DNA of 63,466 bases, filler included, from Bigelowiella natans CCMP2755 (lineage: Eukaryota; Protista; Cercozoa), in the NCBI GenBank assembly GCA_000320545.1. It is 9 parts of 9 records of this genome, joined end to end, with 100 filler letters (N's around TTAATTAATTAA, not from the genome) between each part and the next. Parts side by side here need not be neighbours in the genome. Positions count along the whole stretch, not along the records: positions 62,269 to 63,466 come from ADNK01001053.1; 8 more parts are not named here. One strand, 5' to 3'. Position numbers and translations under genes: made by a program. A model generated the notes under the pieces. It saw only the letters and a program-made list of their open reading frames with translations, had not been told where the DNA came from and searched no databases. Below, piece after piece: positions 63,331-63,466 of this stretch (position 1 is its first letter; each line of letters begins with the position of its first letter).

Positions 63331-63466
63331 TATCTTCTTCATCATCATCATCATCGTCGTCGTCGTCATTGTCATCATTGCCGTGTTAGCAGCAGCGATA
63401 GTGTTGGAGATCATTGTGCAGTGATGTGCGTCCTTGTTGGAGAACAGCTTGAAGATGAACAGCATC

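Larger units (their letters stand above)
1..63466. repeat. Pervasive microsatellites, mostly intronic: (TA)n, (CA)n, (GA)n, (CAT)n, (TAC)n, (CTC)n, poly-C/G
   Basis: Examples: 525-563 (CA)n, 2409-2482 (CT)n, 7484-7514 (GTA)n, 20041-20112 (TG)n, 60017-60077 (TA)n. Several contig ends lie in SSR or homopolymer tracts. Confidence 0.97.

Overview
Eukaryotic nuclear DNA, not prokaryotic. It is intron-rich, with microsatellites in most introns, so most ORF-track entries are SSR or antisense artefacts. The window is nine contigs joined by eight artificial 100-nt spacers (N44-TTAATTAATTAA-N44), so adjacency across a spacer is not evidence of linkage. I saw no rRNA, tRNA or CRISPR. All gene models were spliced by hand from GT-AG sites and protein motifs, with no database search. 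Confident calls: a NodZ/FUT8-like fucosyltransferase, a nitroreductase plus CDP-alcohol phosphatidyltransferase locus, a CPSF30-like CCCH protein, a Ty3/Gypsy integrase and 3' LTR relic, a CCA-adding enzyme, cytochrome b561, U2SURP, NDUFA2, a SET-domain (LSMT-like) methyltransferase, a TPT/SLC35 transporter, an IPT+EGF surface protein, a JMJD8-like protein, an NHL/PAN/CBM/mucin surface protein and a SAM-domain protein. Signal-peptide plus transit-peptide leaders suggest an alga with a secondary plastid, possibly a chlorarachniophyte (inference). Best leads: (1) an apparent in-frame fusion of the nitroreductase to the phospholipid synthase; (2) a non-polymerase zinc-finger protein with RNA Pol II CTD-like heptads; (3) a CCA enzyme with stacked organelle-targeting leaders; (4) a recurring CTAG/TGCA-rich signature downstream of stop codons; (5) a Gypsy integrase with an unrecognised C-terminal domain and a hairpin-rich LTR.
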